A stretch of 64,000 nucleotides of DNA from Candidatus Binatia bacterium (GTDB taxonomy: Bacteria; Desulfobacterota; Binatia; Bin18), in the NCBI GenBank assembly GCA_963422435.1, contig OY729511.1, positions 3,850,105 to 3,914,104 on the forward strand, read 5' to 3'. The notes under the pieces were generated by a model that saw nothing but the letters and a program-made list of their open reading frames with translations, made no database searches and was not told the origin of the DNA. Within the stretch, counting starts at the first letter, position 1; every line of letters begins with the position of its first letter. Below are positions 59,783 to 64,000 of the stretch, piece after piece. Made by a program: the position numbers and the translations under genes.

Positions 59783-61810
59783 ATGACCGACCACAAGCGG
59801 TTTTCGCAAACCTATTATGACAAAGCCAATGAGGCCGTCGCCTTTCAGGACTACGCCCCGTTTCGGTACGGCCAGGTTGCCCAGGACCCCGCCGCTGTCA
59901 GCCGCATCGACGCGCTGAGAAAACATCTGGACCCGATACTGGTTGATATTGTGGACGGCGGAATCGAGGCCGCCATTATGGAAGCCGAAGCCGCGGTCGA
60001 GCGGACCGCCCGTTCGACCATTATCCGCGAACAGCACGACTACCGGGCCTCGCTCAATACGCTCGACTGTCTGTCGGTCTCGCGCGTGTCCTGGGCCGCC
60101 ACCGCCGACCCGATTCGGATGAAGTTTCCGGCTGAGCGCATTTATGAAGGCGATGTGTTCATCTACAACGATGTCTATCAGTCGGCCGGAACGATCGGTC
60201 ATCTGCCGGACTATTGTGTGGTCACGCCTATTTTTTGGGACGAGCGGCTGATTGGCTTTGCCCAGATTTTCGGCCACGTCAACGATGTGGGCGGCCGTAT
60301 GGCGGGATCCTGGCCGAACACCTCGACCAGTATTTTCGAGGAGGGCACCATCTGTCCGCCCGTCAAGCTGTACGAAAAGGGTCAGCTCAACGAGGGACTG
60401 TACGATATCCTGCTGCGGAACAGTCGTTTTCCCGAAGACCTGCGGGGCGATATCGATGCCTTTGTTGGCGCGAATGAGGTCATTCGGCGTCGGGTAACGG
60501 AATTATGCGAGCGCTTTGGCGGCAACGAGGTGGAAGCCGCGTTTTATGAAATCCTCGACCGCTGCGCTGCGGTGGTGCGCGAGAAGGGCCTGCCTTTATT
60601 CCCGGATGGGGAGTTCATAGGGGAAGATTTTATTGAGAACGACGGCCTGACCCTGGACCAGCCGGTCAAGCTCCAGATCACCATGCGTAAATATCCGGAC
60701 AAGATGGTGCTGGATTTCGCCGGCACCAGTCCCCAGGCTAAGGGACCGATCAACTGGCCGGTCGATGGCCGTCATTACTCCAAATGGCTCGGCGCGTTCT
60801 TCAAGGCGCAGATTCCCGGCATCATTATTAACGAAGGCGTGACCCAGGTGTTTCGCTGTCGTATTCCACAGGGGACCATTCTGAGCCCAGAGTTTCCGGC
60901 TCCGGTGGTGAGTCGCATGACCTGTATGCTGCGTATGATCAGCGCCTATACCGTTGCCCTGGCCAAGGCATTTGACGGCGAGGTGGTGGCCGACATGCAG
61001 AACATTCAGATCTACGGCCTGTACGGACAGGACTTTGAGGGCAGGTTGTTTCTGATGCGTGAAATTTTCGGGGCGGGTTCGGGCGCGCGGCCGTATGCGG
61101 ACGGCACCGACGCCGTAGACTTGGTGCCCTATTCCAAAAACCTGCCGGCGGAGTTCATTGAACAGCGCTTCCCGGTTGAAGTCCTACGCGTTGGTCTGGC
61201 GCCCGATTCGGGCGGAGCCGGGAAATACCGCGGCGGGCTGGGCTACGAGAAAGAGATACGGACATTGGTTGACGGGTATTATCTGACGGTCACGGAGCGG
61301 ACCGCCTTTGCCTGCACGGGCATCAAGGGCGGCAAATGGGGCGCGCCGAGTTCGTCCATCAAGAACCCCGACACCCCGGAGGAAGAAGCGGTCTACTTCA
61401 GCCGGGATGCCATTCCGGTCAAAGCAGGGGACATTATTCGCCTCACCACCCCAGGCGGCGGGGGCTGGGGCGACCCTCTGGGACGCGACATCGACGCCGT
61501 TCGTATGGATGTGGTGCGCAAGCTCGTCTCGCCCGAGCGGGCCGAGCGGGATTACGGCGTCGTCCTGGACCCAGTCACGCACACAGTCGATCAATCAGCC
61601 ACAGCCCAACTCCGCCAACGGCTGGCCGAGGAGCGCGGCCCGGTCAAACTGATCGACCGCGGACCGTATGCGGAAACCTTAATCAAAAAGGGGCTGCTGG
61701 CCGTATCCGACCCCGAGCTTGAGTGTCTCGACTGCGCCGACGATGCGGTGCTGGATCACTATTGGAAGGATTTGTATAAGTACACGCCGCGGCCAATGGG
61801 GGGAGCGTAA
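59783..61810 (+). CDS. hyuB: Hydantoinase B/oxoprolinase family subunit with a C-terminal extension
   Basis: 675 aa; HyuB-like core, plus ~100 extra C-terminal residues ending in a CLDC-containing tail. Confidence 0.8.
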   Translation: MTDHKRFSQTYYDKANEAVAFQDYAPFRYGQVAQDPAAVSRIDALRKHLDPILVDIVDGGIEAAIMEAEAAVERTARSTIIREQHDYRASLNTLDCLSVSRVSWAATADPIRMKFPAERIYEGDVFIYNDVYQSAGTIGHLPDYCVVTPIFWDERLIGFAQIFGHVNDVGGRMAGSWPNTSTSIFEEGTICPPVKLYEKGQLNEGLYDILLRNSRFPEDLRGDIDAFVGANEVIRRRVTELCERFGGNEVEAAFYEILDRCAAVVREKGLPLFPDGEFIGEDFIENDGLTLDQPVKLQITMRKYPDKMVLDFAGTSPQAKGPINWPVDGRHYSKWLGAFFKAQIPGIIINEGVTQVFRCRIPQGTILSPEFPAPVVSRMTCMLRMISAYTVALAKAFDGEVVADMQNIQIYGLYGQDFEGRLFLMREIFGAGSGARPYADGTDAVDLVPYSKNLPAEFIEQRFPVEVLRVGLAPDSGGAGKYRGGLGYEKEIRTLVDGYYLTVTERTAFACTGIKGGKWGAPSSSIKNPDTPEEEAVYFSRDAIPVKAGDIIRLTTPGGGGWGDPLGRDIDAVRMDVVRKLVSPERAERDYGVVLDPVTHTVDQSATAQLRQRLAEERGPVKLIDRGPYAETLIKKGLLAVSDPELECLDCADDAVLDHYWKDLYKYTPRPMGGA

Positions 61811-61856
61811 TATCTGCGCCCTCTCCCCCGGTGGGAGAGCGTATCCGGGCAGATAT
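61810..61856. repeat. GC-rich nested hairpin, copy C (ATATCTGC...CTCTCCC-ccggt-GGGAGAG...GCAGATAT), terminator-like position after hyuB
   Basis: Starts at the hyuB stop codon. Inner 7-bp stem shares the CTCTCCC/GGGAGAG core; outer 8-bp stem. Confidence 0.55.
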
Positions 61857-62069
61857 CCTGGTCATATTGTCACAGATTAGGAGATAGCTAAGCACCCGCC
61901 TCTACGCTCTCCACAAGCCCGGGCTCAATTTTTTTTCAATTCGTTCTTGAGACGCTGTTCCGCGTGCCAGATGTCATAGTTCTGCTGCATCCGAAGCCAG
62001 AGCCCAGGACCGTTGCCGGCAAGTTTACCGAGTCGGAGTGCCATCTCGGTCTGCTTTTTCGAGCACTAC

Positions 62070-62516
62070 TCAGGCCGCTGGTTTCAGCTTGCCGCCGTGC
62101 GCTTCCAGATATGCGACCAGACGCTGACATTCCTCGTCAGCGACTCTGTCTTCCAGCAGACTGATGCGGTCGCCCTCAAAGACAGCCCGCTCCTCGCCTT
62201 CCATGCGGCAATCGGGTGCACCGTCCAGAGTGTAGGTCGCGAGCCAGCGCATCCAGACCTCGCCATTCTTTGCTATTGGTCCCTCAATGAGATCAACGCG
62301 ACGTGAGGTAAAGCGACGGTCGAAGCCATTCACCGCAACCTGAAAATCGCTCAGGATCGTAGCCCGGCTTTCGTGTCGTCCGCCCAGGGGTGGCCCGGCA
62401 ATAAAATCGTATACCGAATCCTCGGTAAAATAGGGCTCAAGCAGCGACCAGTCATCGCTGTCATACGCCTCTTCAAAAGCTTGTGCATATTCCAGGAACC
62501 GTTCGACAATACCCAC
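62070..62516 (-). CDS. NTF2-like / SnoaL-like domain protein
   Basis: 148 aa; cone-shaped alpha+beta fold pattern similar to 13807-14241. Confidence 0.55.
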   Translation of the reverse strand: MGIVERFLEYAQAFEEAYDSDDWSLLEPYFTEDSVYDFIAGPPLGGRHESRATILSDFQVAVNGFDRRFTSRRVDLIEGPIAKNGEVWMRWLATYTLDGAPDCRMEGEERAVFEGDRISLLEDRVADEECQRLVAYLEAHGGKLKPAA

Positions 62517-62590
62517 AGATGGCCTCCTTGTTCTCTCAGGTCAGTTTGGCTCACTTGTTTGAGCTGCCTGAGATGTCTGAATTAGAGGAA

Positions 62591-62622
62591 CCCTCACCCT
62601 GGCCCTCTCCCAGAGGGAGAGG
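62591..62622. repeat. GC-rich hairpin repeat, copy B (ccctcaccctggCCCTCTCCC-aga-GGGAGAGG)
   Basis: The 5' arm matches copy A at 20 of 21 positions. Lies just downstream of the PaaI-like gene stop. Confidence 0.6.
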
Positions 62623-62640
62623 AGAAGAGGAGTGGATCCC

Positions 62641-63078
62641 CTACCCTTTCGTTGCCACCACGGTCCACGTACTGCTCACCGTGGCGACGACTTCATCTTG
62701 CGCATTACATATGGTCGCTTCAACAAAGGCTACCCGCTGGCCCTTGCGCAGGACTTTGCCCGCCCCTTTGACCAAGCCTTTTTTGACCGGCTTGAGAAAA
62801 CTGATTTTCAGTTCCGCGGTCGTGGCAAATTCGCCTTCGTCCATGACCGACCCGATTGCACTGCTCAGCAGCTCGTCGGCAAAAACGCTCAGATAGCCAC
62901 CGGCCACATAGCCGAACGGATTCAACACGCGCGAGTGGCTGGCAGCCCACTCCCATTCGGACGTACCAGGACCGAACCGTACCGGTCGCAGACCAATCTC
63001 CCCATGCGCTTGCGTGGCATAGTCTTCGGGCCGATTTGCGCGCAGGGCGGCATTCAGTTTTTCGACAGGAGAAAGCAT
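62641..63078 (-). CDS. PaaI-family hotdog-fold thioesterase
   Basis: SHSRVLNPFGYVAGGYLSVFADELLSSAIG... matches the PaaI/YbgC-like hotdog pattern. 145 aa. Confidence 0.75.
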   Translation of the reverse strand: MLSPVEKLNAALRANRPEDYATQAHGEIGLRPVRFGPGTSEWEWAASHSRVLNPFGYVAGGYLSVFADELLSSAIGSVMDEGEFATTAELKISFLKPVKKGLVKGAGKVLRKGQRVAFVEATICNAQDEVVATVSSTWTVVATKG

Positions 63079-63165
63079 AGTTCCTCGTAGCACCTTTTGA
63101 TCGTCTTCTCAAAAGGGTAGCCGCGTGTCGCGATTTCCGGCAGTATGAACGACTCGGAGATGCGC

Positions 63166-64000
63166 ATGCGTAAAGAGATACTTATGGCCCGGCTGGCCGA
63201 GGTGAAAGAGAATGGCTTGCATCGTCGCCTGCACCCAGTTGAGAGTGCGCAGGACGCAACCATTATCCTTGAAGGCCGGGAGGTCTTGCTGTTTTCTTCC
63301 AATAATTACCTGAGTTTAGCCAATCACCCAGCCCTCAAGCAGGCGGCCCAAGAGGCGACCCAGCAGTACGGCTGTGGCAGTGGCGCGTCACGCCTGATTT
63401 CCGGCTCCATGGCGGTCCATCACGAGTTGGAACACCGCCTTGCGACACTCAAAAAAACAGAAGCGGCCCTTGTTTTTCCGACGGGTTATCACGCCAATAT
63501 CGGGGTGCTGTCGGCCCTGATGGGACCGGATGATACGATCTTGAGCGACAGCCTGAATCACGCCAGCATCATCGACGGCTGTCGCCTGTCGCGGGCTGAT
63601 ATCCGGGTCTATCGTCACACTGACACCGCGCATCTGGGTGAACTGCTGCAAGCGTGTCCAGCGACCGGCCAACGCCTGATCGTAACGGACAGCGTGTTCA
63701 GCATGGACGGCGACCTGGCTCCACTGGCGGAGATTGTTCGCCTGGCCCAACAGTATGACGCCTGGGTAATGGTTGATGAGGCCCATGCAACCGGCGTGTT
63801 CGGGCCGCACGGCGGCGGCCTGGTTGAAAAGCTCGGCCTGACCGGGCAGGTCGATATCCAGATGGGCACCTTGGGCAAGGCCCTGGGCTGTGTGGGGGCC
63901 TTTGTGGCCGGCAGTTGCGAGCTGATTGACTGGCTGGTGAATCGGGCGCGGAGCTTCATCTATACCACGGCGATTCCACCCGCGGTTGCGGCGGCGGTCC
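63166..64000 (+). CDS. bioF: 8-amino-7-oxononanoate synthase-like PLP-dependent acyltransferase (3' end outside the window)
   Basis: LLFSSNNYLSLANHP, GCGSGASRLISGSMAVHHELEHRLA, SMDGDLAPL and PLP-Lys in GTLGKALG all align with BioF. A Kbl-like alternative is not excluded. GGAG SD before the ATG at 63166. Confidence 0.7.
   Translation, partial: MRKEILMARLAEVKENGLHRRLHPVESAQDATIILEGREVLLFSSNNYLSLANHPALKQAAQEATQQYGCGSGASRLISGSMAVHHELEHRLATLKKTEAALVFPTGYHANIGVLSALMGPDDTILSDSLNHASIIDGCRLSRADIRVYRHTDTAHLGELLQACPATGQRLIVTDSVFSMDGDLAPLAEIVRLAQQYDAWVMVDEAHATGVFGPHGGGLVEKLGLTGQVDIQMGTLGKALGCVGAFVAGSCELIDWLVNRARSFIYTTAIPPAVAAAV

Noticed and set aside
1-64000. CRISPR arrays, rRNA and tRNA genes
   Set aside because: No regularly spaced direct repeats of 24-48 bp were found. 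No rRNA-like conserved stretches. No convincing cloverleaf or TΨC-arm (GGTTCGA-type) signatures in the intergenic regions examined by eye. A tRNAscan or Infernal run would be needed to be sure.

Overview
High-GC (~60-65%) bacterial chromosomal segment with several lower-GC (45-55%) accessory pockets. The core gene content is metabolic and housekeeping.

Core genes:
- Five luciferase-like (LLM) flavin monooxygenase paralogs.
- Formyl-CoA transferase (frc) followed by two paralogous sodium:solute symporters.
- A PQQ-dependent alcohol dehydrogenase; glutathione S-transferases including YghU.
- glyQS, and the rpmE-prfA-prmC-murA-hisD-hisB ... hisH-hisA ... hisF block; moaC; bioF at the 3' edge.
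- A sensor histidine kinase.
- A hydantoinase/oxoprolinase cluster with a duplicated A subunit and a membrane metallophosphoesterase inside it.

Accessory content:
1. An Xre/ParS-type antitoxin next to a 960-aa single-chain MmeI-like restriction-modification protein.
2. A ~3.1-kb low-GC insert between the two transporter paralogs, carrying:
   - a small Arg/Lys-rich coiled-coil protein;
   - a membrane-anchored coiled-coil GIY-YIG-like (DUF4041/T5orf172-type) nuclease;
   - a DUF433/DUF5615 toxin-antitoxin pair with a frameshifted toxin;
   - an NTF2-like protein.
3. A downstream stretch of decayed toxin-antitoxin modules: Phd with an in-frame TGA, a truncated ParE, and HicB-HicA with an in-frame TAA. 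The same stretch holds two secreted proteins and an XRE regulator with a large operator-like palindrome.
4. Two insertions that interrupt the his operon.
5. A dispersed family of CCCTCTCCC...GGGAGAGG hairpins.

No CRISPR array, rRNA or clear tRNA was seen. All annotations rest on reading motifs by eye in the supplied translations; no database search was run.
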